Of a DNA stretch of 64,000 bases, positions 45,197 through 58,731 are shown in pieces (the stretch's first letter is position 1; each line of letters opens with the position of its first letter). Under the pieces are notes generated by a model. That model was given only the letters and a program-made list of their open reading frames with translations. It searched no databases and was not told the DNA's origin. Both the position numbers and the translations under genes were made by a program. The stretch is from Actinomycetales bacterium. GTDB lineage: Bacteria > Actinomycetota > Actinomycetes > S36-B12. The stretch lies in assembly GCA_018970025.1 (NCBI GenBank), contig JAGWXF010000015.1, positions 109 to 64,108 of the forward strand, in the 5' to 3' direction.

Positions 45197-46969
45197 CTAG
45201 GCGTACGTGCGAAAGCCGCGACCGGTCTTGCGCCCGAGGTAGCCGGCCGTGACCAGGTGCTCCAGCCGGGGTGCCGGGGCGAATCCGGGCTCGCGGAACT
45301 CCAGGTACAGCGTCCGCTGGATCGCCAGCGAGACATCCAGGCCGACGACGTCGAGCAGCTCGAACGGGCCCATCGGATAGCCGCACCCGCGCTTCATCGC
45401 CAGGTCGATGTCGTCGGCGCTGGCGTAGTTGGCCTCCAGCATGCGAACGGCGTCATTGAGGTACGGGAACAGCAGGGCGTTGACGATGAAGCCGGCACGA
45501 TCACCGCACCGAACGGCGTGCTTGCCGATCCGCTCGCACAGTGCCATGCAGGTCATGGCCACCGCCTCGGAGGTCGACACCGTGCTGACGACCTCGACCA
45601 GGCGCATCATCGGCGCCGGGTTGAAGAAGTGCAGCCCGATGACGTCCTGCGGCCGCACGGTCGCGGCCGCGAGCTCGATCACCGGCAGGCTGGAGGTCGT
45701 GGTCGCCAGGATCACGCCGGGCCTGCAGATCTCGTCCAGGTTCTCGAACAGGGCCCGCTTGACGTCGACATCCTCGACGACCGCCTCGACCGCGAGGTCG
45801 ACATCGGACAGATCCTCCAGCACCGTGGTGCCCCGAACCCTGGCGAGCGCAGCATCACGCTCATCGTCCGTGAGGTTGCCCCGCTGCACGGCCTTCTCCA
45901 GCGACTTGCCCAGGGCCTTGCGTACGGCCTCCACCTTCTGCTCCGAGCGTGCCTGGTAGACGACGTCGATCCCGGCCTTGGCGAAGACCTCGATGATCCC
46001 GGTCGCCATGGTCCCCGACCCGACGACGCCGACGCGCATGATCTCGGCCGCGCCCGCCCCTGACGTCACCGGCCCCGGGGTCTGCGTATCCGGCACGACC
46101 GTGGGCGACTGCGGCCCGTCGTAGCTGTAGAACCCACGGCCGGACTTGCGGCCCTTCAGCCCGGCCGTGACGAGCTGCTTGAGGATGGGGCTCGGGGCGT
46201 GCAGTCGATCACGGCCCTGCTTGTACATCGTGTCGAGGATCTCGTAGGCGGTGTCCAGGCCGATCAGGTCGAGCAGGGCCAGCGGGCCCATCGGCAGGCC
46301 GCAGCCCAGCCGCATCGCCTCGTCGATGTCCTCGCGGGTTGCGTACCGCTGCTCGTACATCGATGCCGCATGGTTGAGGTACCCGAACAGCAGGGCATTG
46401 GCGATGAACCCGGCCTTGTCGCCGACCACCACCGGCTCCTTGCCCAGGGATCGGGCGAAGTCGGCAACCTGATCGACGACCGCATCCGCCGAGACCACCG
46501 TTCGGACGATCTCGACGAAGGCCTGCACCGGTGCGGGGTTGAAGAAGTGCAGCCCGACGACCTGGGCTGGGCGACCGGTCGCCACCGAGATATCGGTGAC
46601 CGACAGCGAAGACGTGTTGGTCGCGAGCACGGCCTCGGGCCTGACGATCGCGTCGATGGCCGCGAACAGCTCCCGCTTGAGGTCCAGCCGCTCGGGGACG
46701 GCCTCGATCACCAGGTCCGCATCGGCCAGGCCCGACAGGTCCGTGGTGAAGTGCACCCTGCCGAGGAGATCATCGCCCTGATCTGCGGTCATCTTCCCGC
46801 GGCTCACCGCGCGAGCGGTGGAGCCAGCCAGTCGCTCCCGTCCGCGCTGCAGGCTCTCCTGCGACAGCTCGACCGCGATCACGGGGATGCCGCTCCGAGC
46901 GATGACCTCCGCAATGCCCGCACCCATGGTTCCCAGGCCGACCACGCCAACCCGCTGCATCTGGCTCAT
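45197..46969 (-). CDS. Tandem (two-module) 3-hydroxyacyl/3-hydroxybutyryl-CoA dehydrogenase
   Basis: ATG 46969 preceded by GAGGAG. Two complete copies: VGVVGLGTMGAGIA...HFFNPAP...GFIANAL and VGVVGSGTMATGII...HFFNPAP...GFIVNAL, joined by a Pro/Thr linker. Confidence 0.9.
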   Translation of the reverse strand: MSQMQRVGVVGLGTMGAGIAEVIARSGIPVIAVELSQESLQRGRERLAGSTARAVSRGKMTADQGDDLLGRVHFTTDLSGLADADLVIEAVPERLDLKRELFAAIDAIVRPEAVLATNTSSLSVTDISVATGRPAQVVGLHFFNPAPVQAFVEIVRTVVSADAVVDQVADFARSLGKEPVVVGDKAGFIANALLFGYLNHAASMYEQRYATREDIDEAMRLGCGLPMGPLALLDLIGLDTAYEILDTMYKQGRDRLHAPSPILKQLVTAGLKGRKSGRGFYSYDGPQSPTVVPDTQTPGPVTSGAGAAEIMRVGVVGSGTMATGIIEVFAKAGIDVVYQARSEQKVEAVRKALGKSLEKAVQRGNLTDDERDAALARVRGTTVLEDLSDVDLAVEAVVEDVDVKRALFENLDEICRPGVILATTTSSLPVIELAAATVRPQDVIGLHFFNPAPMMRLVEVVSTVSTSEAVAMTCMALCERIGKHAVRCGDRAGFIVNALLFPYLNDAVRMLEANYASADDIDLAMKRGCGYPMGPFELLDVVGLDVSLAIQRTLYLEFREPGFAPAPRLEHLVTAGYLGRKTGRGFRTYA

Positions 46970-46983
46970 CTCCTCGATACCCC

Positions 46984-47664
46984 TTAGAACAGCCGCAGGC
47001 CCGGGTCGTCCTGGCCCCGCAGTGCCGCATAGTCGAGCACCACGCACCTGATCCCCCGATCCTGCGCGAGCACGCGGGCCTGGGGCTTGATCTCCTGGGC
47101 GGCGAGCACGCCTGCGACGGGTGCAAGCAGCGGATCGCGATTGAGCAGCTCCAGATACCGCGTCAGCTGCTCCACGCCATCGATCTCCCCACGGCGCTTG
47201 ATCTCCACCGCGACGGTCATGCCGGCACCATCCCGGCACAGCAGGTCGACCGGCCCGATAGCTGTCGGGTACTCGCGCCGGATCAGGCTCCACTGATCGC
47301 CCAGGACGCCCACATGGGCGGCCAGCAGCTGCTGCAGGTGCGCCTCGACGCCGTCCTTGCGCAGGCCCGGATCGAGGCCGAGCTCATGCGCGCTCTCGTG
47401 CAAGGTCTGGTGCACCGTGATCACCAGCTGCTCGCCGGCCTTGTTCTCCACCACCCAGATGGCCTCGTCCTGATCTGCCTCGGGCGCGCGGACCCGAAGC
47501 GAGCACGGCGGGCTCATCCAGTTCAGCGGCTTGTACGAGCCGCCGTCGGAGTGCACGAGGACGGAGCCGTCCGCCTTCATCATGATCACCCGGACCGCCT
47601 CCGGCAGGTGCGCCGACAGGCGCCCGGCGTAGTCGACCGTGCATCGGGCAATGACGATCCGCAC
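46984..47664 (-). CDS. nucS: Endonuclease NucS (EndoMS)
   Basis: GTG 47664. [21 protein letters not shown]...[24 protein letters not shown]. Confidence 0.93.
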   Translation of the reverse strand: MRIVIARCTVDYAGRLSAHLPEAVRVIMMKADGSVLVHSDGGSYKPLNWMSPPCSLRVRAPEADQDEAIWVVENKAGEQLVITVHQTLHESAHELGLDPGLRKDGVEAHLQQLLAAHVGVLGDQWSLIRREYPTAIGPVDLLCRDGAGMTVAVEIKRRGEIDGVEQLTRYLELLNRDPLLAPVAGVLAAQEIKPQARVLAQDRGIRCVVLDYAALRGQDDPGLRLF

Positions 47665-47686
47665 CCGCGACAGGCTACCGCTGGGC

Positions 47687-49750
47687 TCACCGGCCGGCCG
47701 ATCCGATCGGCCCAAGGCCCTTGGCATCGCGCACTACCTGCAGGACCCTGGCCATGATCGCGGTCGCATCGAAGTCCTTGGGCGTGAACACCGCCGCGAC
47801 ACCTCGGGCCTGCAGCCAGGCGGCATCCGCCTCCGGGATGATCCCGCCGACGACGACGGGGATGTCCCCGGCTCCCTGCGCCTGGAGCCCGTCGAGGATC
47901 GCGGGCACCAGGGCGCGATGGGATCCGGACAGGATCGACAGCCCGACGATGTCGACGTCCTCCTCGATCGCTGCCGCCACGATCTGCTCAGGCGTGAGCC
48001 GGATGCCCTGGTAGACGACCTCGAAGCCGGCATCGCGCGCCCGCACCGCAATCTGCTCGGCGCCATTGGAGTGCCCGTCCAGGCCTGGCTTGCCGACCAG
48101 GAATCGCACTGGGGCACCGAGTTCCTGCGCGGTGCGCGTCACATCGGCACGCACGGCAGCCATGGCGGCTCGGGCGCTCGCCGATGCCTCGTCCGCGTCG
48201 AATGCGCCGGCTGCCTCCTCCGCGCCAGCGGCAACCCGGCCCCCGGAGACCACCCCGGCGATGCCCGTCGGGGGCCGGTACTCGCCGAACACCTCGCGTA
48301 GCACCCCTGCCCACTCACCGGTCGTCACGCCGACCCGGGCGCAGGCAAGGCTTGCCGCCATCAGGTTCACCCCTGACTGCGCGTCGGCCCGCAACTGCGC
48401 CAATGCCGCATCGACTCCGGACGCATCCCGCGACGCCCGCCAGGCCGCCAGTGCGGCGATTGCCTCCTGCTCGACCGCGGGATCCACGGCCTGGATGGCC
48501 GAATCGACATCCGCGAGCAGGGGGTTCGGCTCGGACTCCTGGAACCTGTTCACGCCGACCACGACCACCTCACCGGACTCGATGGCGGCCCGTCGATCGG
48601 CATGGGACTGCACCAGCGCCTGCTTCATGTAGCCCGACTCGACCGCGGCGATCGCACCTCCCTGATCGAGGACGCGCTGCAGCTCCGCGCGAGCCTGGTC
48701 GGCCATCGTCGACACCAGTCGCTCGACGACGACGGAGCCGGTGAACAGGTCCTCGTACTCCAGCAGGTCGCTCTCGTAGGCCAGCACCTGCTGGATCCGC
48801 AGCGACCACTGCTGATCCCAGGGACGGGGCAGGCCGAGCGCCTCATTCCATGCCGGCAGCTGCACGGCGCGTGCGCGCGCATCCCTGGACAGCGTGACGG
48901 CGAGCATCTCCAGCACGATGCGCTGGACGTTGTTCTCCGGCTGGGCCTCGGTCAGCCCGAGGGAGTTGACCTGCACGCCGTACCGAAAGCGGCGCTGCGC
49001 TGGGTCCTCGACGCCGTACCGCTCCCGGGTGATCTCGTCCCACAGCAGGACGAACGCCCGCATCTTGCACATCTCCTCCACGAAGCGGACACCGGCGTTC
49101 ACGAAGAACGAGATACGGCCGACCACCTCGCCGAAGCGATCCTGGGGAACCTGCCCGCTGGCACGGACGGCATCGAGCACGGCGATCGCCGTGGCCAGGG
49201 AGAAGGCGAGCTCCTGAACGGGCGTGGCGCCGGCTTCCTGGAGGTGGTAGCTGCAGATGTTGATCGGGTTCCACTTCGGCACGGCGCGGACGCTGTAGGC
49301 GATCATGTCCGTGATCAGCCGGATGGACGGCCCCGGCGGGAAGATGTAGGTCCCGCGGGAGAGGTACTCCTTGATGATGTCGTTCTGGGTCGTGCCCTGC
49401 AGGGCGGCCTCGGGGACGCCCTGCTCCACCGCTGCGGCGACATACAGGGCGAGCAGCCACATCGCGGTCGCATTGATCGTCATGGAGGTGTTCATGCCGC
49501 CGAGGGGGATGCCCTCGAGCAGCCGGCGCATGTCGCCCAGATGCGCCACCGGCACCCCGACCTTGCCCACCTCACCGCGGGCCATGGCGGCGTCGGGGTC
49601 ATAGCCCGTCTGGGTCGGCAGGTCGAAGGCGATGCTCAGCCCGGTTTGGCCCTTGGCGAGGTTCGCCCGGTAGAGCGCGTTCGAGGCAGCCGCGGATGAA
49701 TGACCGGCGTACGTGCGAATCAGCCAGGCAGGATCCTTGGGACGAGCCAT
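47687..49750 (-). CDS. meaA: Fused B12-dependent acyl-CoA mutase, MeaA / ethylmalonyl-CoA mutase-like
   Basis: [41 protein letters not shown] (as I recall, HS and PTQTGYD are typical of MeaA/Ecm rather than MutB). C-terminal B12 domain [14 protein letters not shown]. Confidence 0.85.
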   Translation of the reverse strand: MARPKDPAWLIRTYAGHSSAAASNALYRANLAKGQTGLSIAFDLPTQTGYDPDAAMARGEVGKVGVPVAHLGDMRRLLEGIPLGGMNTSMTINATAMWLLALYVAAAVEQGVPEAALQGTTQNDIIKEYLSRGTYIFPPGPSIRLITDMIAYSVRAVPKWNPINICSYHLQEAGATPVQELAFSLATAIAVLDAVRASGQVPQDRFGEVVGRISFFVNAGVRFVEEMCKMRAFVLLWDEITRERYGVEDPAQRRFRYGVQVNSLGLTEAQPENNVQRIVLEMLAVTLSRDARARAVQLPAWNEALGLPRPWDQQWSLRIQQVLAYESDLLEYEDLFTGSVVVERLVSTMADQARAELQRVLDQGGAIAAVESGYMKQALVQSHADRRAAIESGEVVVVGVNRFQESEPNPLLADVDSAIQAVDPAVEQEAIAALAAWRASRDASGVDAALAQLRADAQSGVNLMAASLACARVGVTTGEWAGVLREVFGEYRPPTGIAGVVSGGRVAAGAEEAAGAFDADEASASARAAMAAVRADVTRTAQELGAPVRFLVGKPGLDGHSNGAEQIAVRARDAGFEVVYQGIRLTPEQIVAAAIEEDVDIVGLSILSGSHRALVPAILDGLQAQGAGDIPVVVGGIIPEADAAWLQARGVAAVFTPKDFDATAIMARVLQVVRDAKGLGPIGSAGR

Positions 49751-49791
49751 GGGCGGAGCGTAGCGAGGGCACCTCCGTCCCCTGCGAGGCA

Positions 49792-49809
49792 GGTGAGCAA
49801 GCGCTTAGC
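49792..49809. promoter_or_regulatory. Degenerate copy (GGTGAGCA-AG-CGCTTAGC) of the TAAGCG-N2-CGCTTA palindrome, upstream of meaA
   Basis: 13 of 16 arm positions match the ccr site by hand alignment, 42-59 nt upstream of the meaA ATG (49750). Confidence 0.35.
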
Positions 49810-49833
49810 CGCCTTCGGGTGCAGGATGGTGCC

Positions 49834-50151
49834 GTGCCGTCCTGGGGCGCTTTCTCCTATCTGTTCGGCCCGCTGCTTGCCTTCCTCGGCATCGGGGTGC
49901 TCATCCTCGTCCTGCGATGGGCATTCGGCCGCCGCACCTCGGTGGTGGCGGCCGCCCCGCGCGCAGGATCCGCCGACCAGTACGGCCTGCTCGTCGCGGT
50001 CGCATCCCCTGCGACCTACGTCGAGGGCGAGATCCTGCGGCGACGACTGCAGGAGGCCGGGCTGCGCGCCAACCTCGCCCAGACCCTGGACGGGCCGCGG
50101 GTCATGGTGTGGCCCGCAGACGAAGAGCAGGCCCGCTGGCTGCTGCGCTGA
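49834..50151 (+). CDS. Hypothetical single-pass membrane protein
   Basis: GTG 49834 (or 49819). VPSWGAFSYLFGPLLAFLGIGVLILVLRW followed by a soluble tail. G/C-rich third positions. Confidence 0.5.
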   Translation: MPSWGAFSYLFGPLLAFLGIGVLILVLRWAFGRRTSVVAAAPRAGSADQYGLLVAVASPATYVEGEILRRRLQEAGLRANLAQTLDGPRVMVWPADEEQARWLLR

Positions 50152-50340
50152 CCACCCGCGTCCGTCACGCGCGGACGAGCGCCTACGAGCACGGACACGC
50201 AAGTTGCCTCGCAGCCAGCCGAGGTTGCGCAGGCTGCTGACCTCGCCCGGAGACGCACCGCAGGTCGCCCGCGCGCAGGTAGGAGGCCACCGTGCGGATG
50301 CTCTTGCAACCCCCTGCTTGTTGGCCGCCTCCTTTGTGCT

Positions 50341-50374
50341 GTCCGGTTGACATGCGCTGTCGGTTGACATGCGC
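50341..50374. repeat. 17-bp tandem repeat, each unit containing TTGACA
   Basis: CGGTTGACATGCGC at 50344-50357 and 50361-50374, separated by TGT. Read directly. Confidence 0.88.
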
Positions 50375-50674
50375 CCCCACGCCAGCGAGTCGCGAGCAGC
50401 GTCGGCAGGACGCAGACCTCCTCACCGGGCACCACCACTACGGCAACGGATGGGGAGGGTGTCGGACACGTGCGGCGCCAAGCGCTGCCTCAGCTGCTCC
50501 GACAGCCATTCGGTGGAGGCGACCAACGTCACTGAATGACCGCGCCCCGCGCGCGATGCGCACTCACGCGGGAGCCGCGTTCGTGGCGGCGCCGGGCCAG
50601 GCCTACGACTTGGCTCGGTCTCCTGGAACGCTGCGCCCGGTTGGGGATGCTGGTCCTGGCGATGGGCTGCCTAG

Positions 50675-51475
50675 CTACTTCAACAACTCGATGCGCGAGC
50701 CGTCGGCCAAGGTCAAATCGACGAGCAACGGGTTGCTCCTGGACACCTTCGCCGACGTGATCTGCTGACCCACCGCCACGGACAGCTGGACTTCCAGAGA
50801 AGGCGTTCGCAGGACATCCAGCCTCGCCAGGGCGAAGCCCAAGGGCTCCATGGCCGGCTCGCTGATGCACGTGATTCGCTGGGTAAAGGCAGGACGATCC
50901 AACGTGGAGCGGTAGGTCAAGTCCACGACAGGCTCCGGGACCATCACGGCGTCGCCTACTCGCAGCTCAGGTACGGGAAGGAAGCAAACATTGTGGCCGC
51001 CCATCAGCAGGCCGCGGTCAACCGGCCTTCCCGCAACGAGAACGGTCGACGGGTCTCCCAGCGGGCTTACGGCGAAACTGCGGTCAAAGCCGTCCCTGGC
51101 CTTCGCCATGGACTGGGCGGTGCGCTCGTCTATGCGCTCCCAATCCGTCGGCTTGATGAGTTCGTCGACGACCGCATTGAACTCCTCGTCGAGCCCGCAA
51201 TCATGGGTGCACACCATCACCAGGGCACGCCCCGCGGCAACGCGCAGGGCAGGCATCAATGCGGGCCCCGCCGCGCGGGCAGGTGCCAGAACGGCCTGGT
51301 GCTCGTCGAGCGCCTGCCACCGGTCAGGCGCGTAGCCGTCGTCGCCGACAACGCGGCTGACTGCGCCAAGAAGGATGTCACACTGGCTTGCGCGGAGCAC
51401 CAATCTGACTGCCTCAACATCCGCCACAACGGGGCAGAACTCCTGTGAACCACGCAGGAGCCGCCTGTCCGGCAC
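50675..51475 (-). CDS. Hypothetical protein (266 aa), no family recognised; lower-GC gene
   Basis: GTG 51475 preceded by GAGGTGGGGGA. Non-repetitive, protein-like composition. Third positions are visibly A/T-richer than in flanking genes. Confidence 0.6.
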   Translation of the reverse strand: MPDRRLLRGSQEFCPVVADVEAVRLVLRASQCDILLGAVSRVVGDDGYAPDRWQALDEHQAVLAPARAAGPALMPALRVAAGRALVMVCTHDCGLDEEFNAVVDELIKPTDWERIDERTAQSMAKARDGFDRSFAVSPLGDPSTVLVAGRPVDRGLLMGGHNVCFLPVPELRVGDAVMVPEPVVDLTYRSTLDRPAFTQRITCISEPAMEPLGFALARLDVLRTPSLEVQLSVAVGQQITSAKVSRSNPLLVDLTLADGSRIELLK

Positions 51476-51528
51476 CGTCCCCCACCTCTTGCCCTCCTAC
51501 AGCACCAGAACCGCACCCGGTCCCTCGA

Positions 51529-52848
51529 TCAGATGCGGGTGACGTCCGCGCCGAGGCCCTGCAGGGCCGGGACGAACCCGGCATAGCCTCGATCGATGTG
51601 CGACATCCCGTAGACCACCGTGGTGCCATCCGCAACGAGTCCGGCGAGCACGAGCCCGGCGCCAGCACGGATGTCGGTTGCCTCGACGGGAGCGCCTGAC
51701 AGTCCATTGCGTCCCCGGACGAGTGCATGGTGGCCATCGGTCCGCACATCAGCCCCGAGTCGGGCCAGTTCCTGCACGAAGCGGAACCTGGCCTCGAAGA
51801 GATTCTCGGTCACCAGCGCCGCCCCGTCGGCGATGGCGTTCAGTGCGATGAACTGCGGCTGCAGGTCGGTCGGGAAGCCCGGGTAGGGCAGGGTCACGAC
51901 GTCGACCGCCCTGGGCCTGCGGCCCATGCGGACGCGGATCCCCTGTGGCACGGCCTCGACGTCGGCACCCGAGGTGGCGAGCTTGTCCAGCGCGATCTGC
52001 AGGTGGGCCGGGTCGGCATTTCGGATCGTGATATCCCCGCAGGTCATTGCGGCGGCGACCGCCCAGGTGCCGGCGACGATGCGGTCGCTCACGGCCGCAT
52101 GCGCGACGGGGTGCAGGGCGTCGACACCCTCGATGGTCAGGGTGCTCGTGCCGATGCCGTCGATCTGCGCGCCCATCTGCTGCAGCATCCGGCAGATATC
52201 GACGATCTCGGGCTCCCTGGCCACGTTGTCGATGACGGTGGCGCCCTCCGCGGTCACCGCCGACATCAGGATGGTCTCAGTCGCACCCACACTCGGGAAG
52301 TCGAGCCAGATGCTGGCCCCGCGGAGCCGATCCCGGCTGCTGGCCATGAGGTAGCCATGCTCGCTCACGACCGTGGCTCCCAGCCGCCGCAGGCCATCGA
52401 CATGCATGTCCAGCCCGCGCGAGCCGATGTTGTCCCCTCCGGGGAGGGCGACGTCAACGGCCCCGCACCGGGCCAGGAGCGGGCCCAGCACGCAGATGGA
52501 TGCGCGCATCCGGCGGACGAGGTCGTAGTCGGCTCGGTGCTCCAGGGCAGCCGGCACGTCGATCACCACCTGACCCCCGGCATGCACCACCTCGCAGCCC
52601 AGGCGCCGCAGCAGCTCGCACATGATCGCGACGTCGAGGATGTCCGGCACCTCGGTGATCGTGCTGGCCCCCTCGGCCAGCAGGGCAGCGGCCATCAGCT
52701 TCAGCACGGAGTTCTTCGCGCCGGTGACCCGCACCTCCCCGGCCAGGCGGCTGCCCCCGACCACGCTGAGGGCATCGCCCGCCGACCCCGACTGCACCGG
52801 TGCATCGTACGAGCGATGCGCATGGCTGGCTTGGGCAGGCTGCGCCAT
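51529..52848 (-). CDS. murA: UDP-N-acetylglucosamine 1-carboxyvinyltransferase
   Basis: [18 protein letters not shown] and [15 protein letters not shown]. Start uncertain: ATG 52848 or GTG 52797. Confidence 0.93.
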   Translation of the reverse strand: MAQPAQASHAHRSYDAPVQSGSAGDALSVVGGSRLAGEVRVTGAKNSVLKLMAAALLAEGASTITEVPDILDVAIMCELLRRLGCEVVHAGGQVVIDVPAALEHRADYDLVRRMRASICVLGPLLARCGAVDVALPGGDNIGSRGLDMHVDGLRRLGATVVSEHGYLMASSRDRLRGASIWLDFPSVGATETILMSAVTAEGATVIDNVAREPEIVDICRMLQQMGAQIDGIGTSTLTIEGVDALHPVAHAAVSDRIVAGTWAVAAAMTCGDITIRNADPAHLQIALDKLATSGADVEAVPQGIRVRMGRRPRAVDVVTLPYPGFPTDLQPQFIALNAIADGAALVTENLFEARFRFVQELARLGADVRTDGHHALVRGRNGLSGAPVEATDIRAGAGLVLAGLVADGTTVVYGMSHIDRGYAGFVPALQGLGADVTRI

Positions 52849-52888
52849 GCAGGCAGGTGCCGTATGGTCACCACGACAAGGAGGCACC

Positions 52889-53461
52889 ATGGTCAACCTG
52901 ACGAGGATCTACACCCGAACCGGTGACGACGGCACGACGTCGCTGGGCGACATGAGCCGGACCGGGAAGAACGATCCCCGCCTGAAGGCCTATGCAGACG
53001 TCGACGAGGCAAACTGCACGATCGGCCTGGCCCTGGCGTCTTCTGAGTTCCCGCCGGACATTCGCGACCTCCTCGTGCGCATCCAGAATGACCTCTTCGA
53101 CGTGGGCGCCGACCTCTGCACGCCGGTCGTCGACAACCCCGCGCATCCTCCGCTTCGGGTCACCGAGGAGTACATCGACAGCCTGGAGCGCGCGTGCGAC
53201 ACCTACAACGAGCGCCTAGACCCGCTGCGGTCGTTCGTGCTGCCCGGCGGAACCCTCGCCTCCGCACACCTGCACGTGGCCAGGACGGTCGTCAGGCGGG
53301 CCGAGCGGTCCACCTGGGCGGCGATCGACACCTACCACGGCGGCATGAACGCGCTGACCGCGACCTACCTCAACCGGCTCAGCGACCTGCTGTTCATCCT
53401 CGCGCGAACCGCGAACACCGACGCCGGAGGCGACGTGCTGTGGAAGCCGGGGGCCCGCTAG
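52889..53461 (+). CDS. PduO-type ATP:cob(I)alamin adenosyltransferase
   Basis: ATG preceded by [26 protein letters not shown]...ANCTIGLA...LNRLSDLLF. Confidence 0.9.
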   Translation: MVNLTRIYTRTGDDGTTSLGDMSRTGKNDPRLKAYADVDEANCTIGLALASSEFPPDIRDLLVRIQNDLFDVGADLCTPVVDNPAHPPLRVTEEYIDSLERACDTYNERLDPLRSFVLPGGTLASAHLHVARTVVRRAERSTWAAIDTYHGGMNALTATYLNRLSDLLFILARTANTDAGGDVLWKPGAR

Positions 53462-53471
53462 CCGAGCGTGG

Positions 53472-53861
53472 CTAGCGCAGGCCCGCTGCGGCTCCCGCGA
53501 CCGTGATGCGCGTCTCAGCGCGCTTCAGCGCGGCGAACTCCTCCTCGCCAGCCGCCCTGGCAGCGTCGAGGGCACGCTTGGCGCGATCGACGTCGATGTC
53601 CTCGGCCAGCTCGGCGATCTCGGCGATCACGTTCACCTCGTCGCTGTCGACCGAGAAGAAGCCGCCGTGCACGGCCACCAGCAGCTTGCTGCCATCGGGG
53701 GCCTCGATCCGCAGCGGGCTCTCCACGAGCAGTGCCAGCACCGGCTCATGCCCCGGCAGGACGCCGATCTCCCCCTCCGGGGTCTTCGCCACGACACTCT
53801 TCGCCGGGCCCTTCCAGATGGCCCGCTCGGCAGAGACCACGTTGACGTTCAGCTCCGCCAT
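53472..53861 (-). CDS. atpC: F1 ATP synthase epsilon subunit
   Basis: 129 aa, MAELNVNVVSAERAIWKG...GVLPGHEP. Last gene of the atp operon. Confidence 0.92.
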   Translation of the reverse strand: MAELNVNVVSAERAIWKGPAKSVVAKTPEGEIGVLPGHEPVLALLVESPLRIEAPDGSKLLVAVHGGFFSVDSDEVNVIAEIAELAEDIDVDRAKRALDAARAAGEEEFAALKRAETRITVAGAAAGLR

Positions 53862-53863
53862 GG

Positions 53864-56213
<2,350 letters not shown>

Positions 56214-56216
56214 GGA

Positions 56217-57851
<1,635 letters not shown>

Positions 57852-57918
57852 TGCGGTCCTGCTCTCTTTCTCGGCCCGCCCAGCGGCGGGGTTCACGTGA
57901 TGGTGGCGTTCGGGATGA

Positions 57919-58731
57919 CTATGAGCCGAGGATGACCCGGCGTGCTTGGTCGAGCCTGGCCGCGACGGTGCCGTCGATGACCTCGTCCCCGACCTTGACG
58001 TAGACCCCGCCCAGGACGGCCGGGTCGACTGCGATGTTCAGCCGCACGGTGCGGCCCTTGAGGCTGGAGAGCGCATCAGCCAGACGGCGCTCCTGCTGGG
58101 CATCCAGGGCAGCAGCCACTCGGACCTCGGCGACGACGCGACTGCGCTGCGCTGCTGCCAGGTCGCCCAGCTGGTCGACGACTGCATCGATGCGCTGGCC
58201 GTGCAGGTGCCCGACCGCATGCTCCAGCACCTGCCGGGTCGCCTGCGTTGACCGGCCGGCGAGCAGGTCCCGCACGATCGCCGCCTTGACCGAGGCCGCC
58301 TGGGACGGATCGGTGAGCGCCATCTGCAGCTGCGGCGACTGATCCAGCGCTCGGCCGAAGCGGAAGATCTCCTCCTCGGTCGCGTCCAGCGACCCGTCGG
58401 CCTCGGCGACCGTGAAGGCCGCCTGGGCGGCCAGTCGCTCGATCGCCATCACCAGGTCGTCATCTGACGACCAGCGCTCGCCGACCACCCCGATGAGCAC
58501 CTCGACTGCCAGTGCGCTGATGCGCTGCCCGAGGACATCGCGCAGGAGCGCCTCGCGCACCTGCGGCGACTGGCCTGCGTCAGCCAGGGCATTGCGCAGC
58601 TGCATCTGCGTGCCGAGCAGGTCGGCCACGGCGTACAGCTCATCGGCAAGGGTCGGGAACCCGGCCTGCTGACGCCTGCCGTCGAGCGCCTGTGACTGAC
58701 GGGCGATGGAATCCCGGCTCGCACCGAGCAT
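57919..58731 (-). CDS. atpH: F1 ATP synthase delta subunit (long actinobacterial form)
   Basis: 270 aa with an OSCP-like C-terminal half. 1-nt overlap with the atpF stop. Confidence 0.88.
   Translation of the reverse strand: MLGASRDSIARQSQALDGRRQQAGFPTLADELYAVADLLGTQMQLRNALADAGQSPQVREALLRDVLGQRISALAVEVLIGVVGERWSSDDDLVMAIERLAAQAAFTVAEADGSLDATEEEIFRFGRALDQSPQLQMALTDPSQAASVKAAIVRDLLAGRSTQATRQVLEHAVGHLHGQRIDAVVDQLGDLAAAQRSRVVAEVRVAAALDAQQERRLADALSSLKGRTVRLNIAVDPAVLGGVYVKVGDEVIDGTVAARLDQARRVILGS

Noticed and set aside
50183-50425. Possible tyrosine-recombinase remnant: minus-frame KSIRTVASYLRAGDLRCVSGRGQQ vaguely resembles the HxLRHTxAS..L..G.DL..VS..LGH box
   Set aside because: Matching it requires several one-residue gaps, the catalytic His/Tyr contexts are absent, and the composition is typical of random GC-rich frames. 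I cannot support it without a profile search (run HMMER with Phage_integrase on the six-frame translation of 50152-50674).
53458-53477. Two GCTAGC sites 14 bp apart between the adenosyltransferase gene and atpC
   Set aside because: Both are simply the TAG stop codons of the two convergent genes in a GC context. No further symmetry is present.
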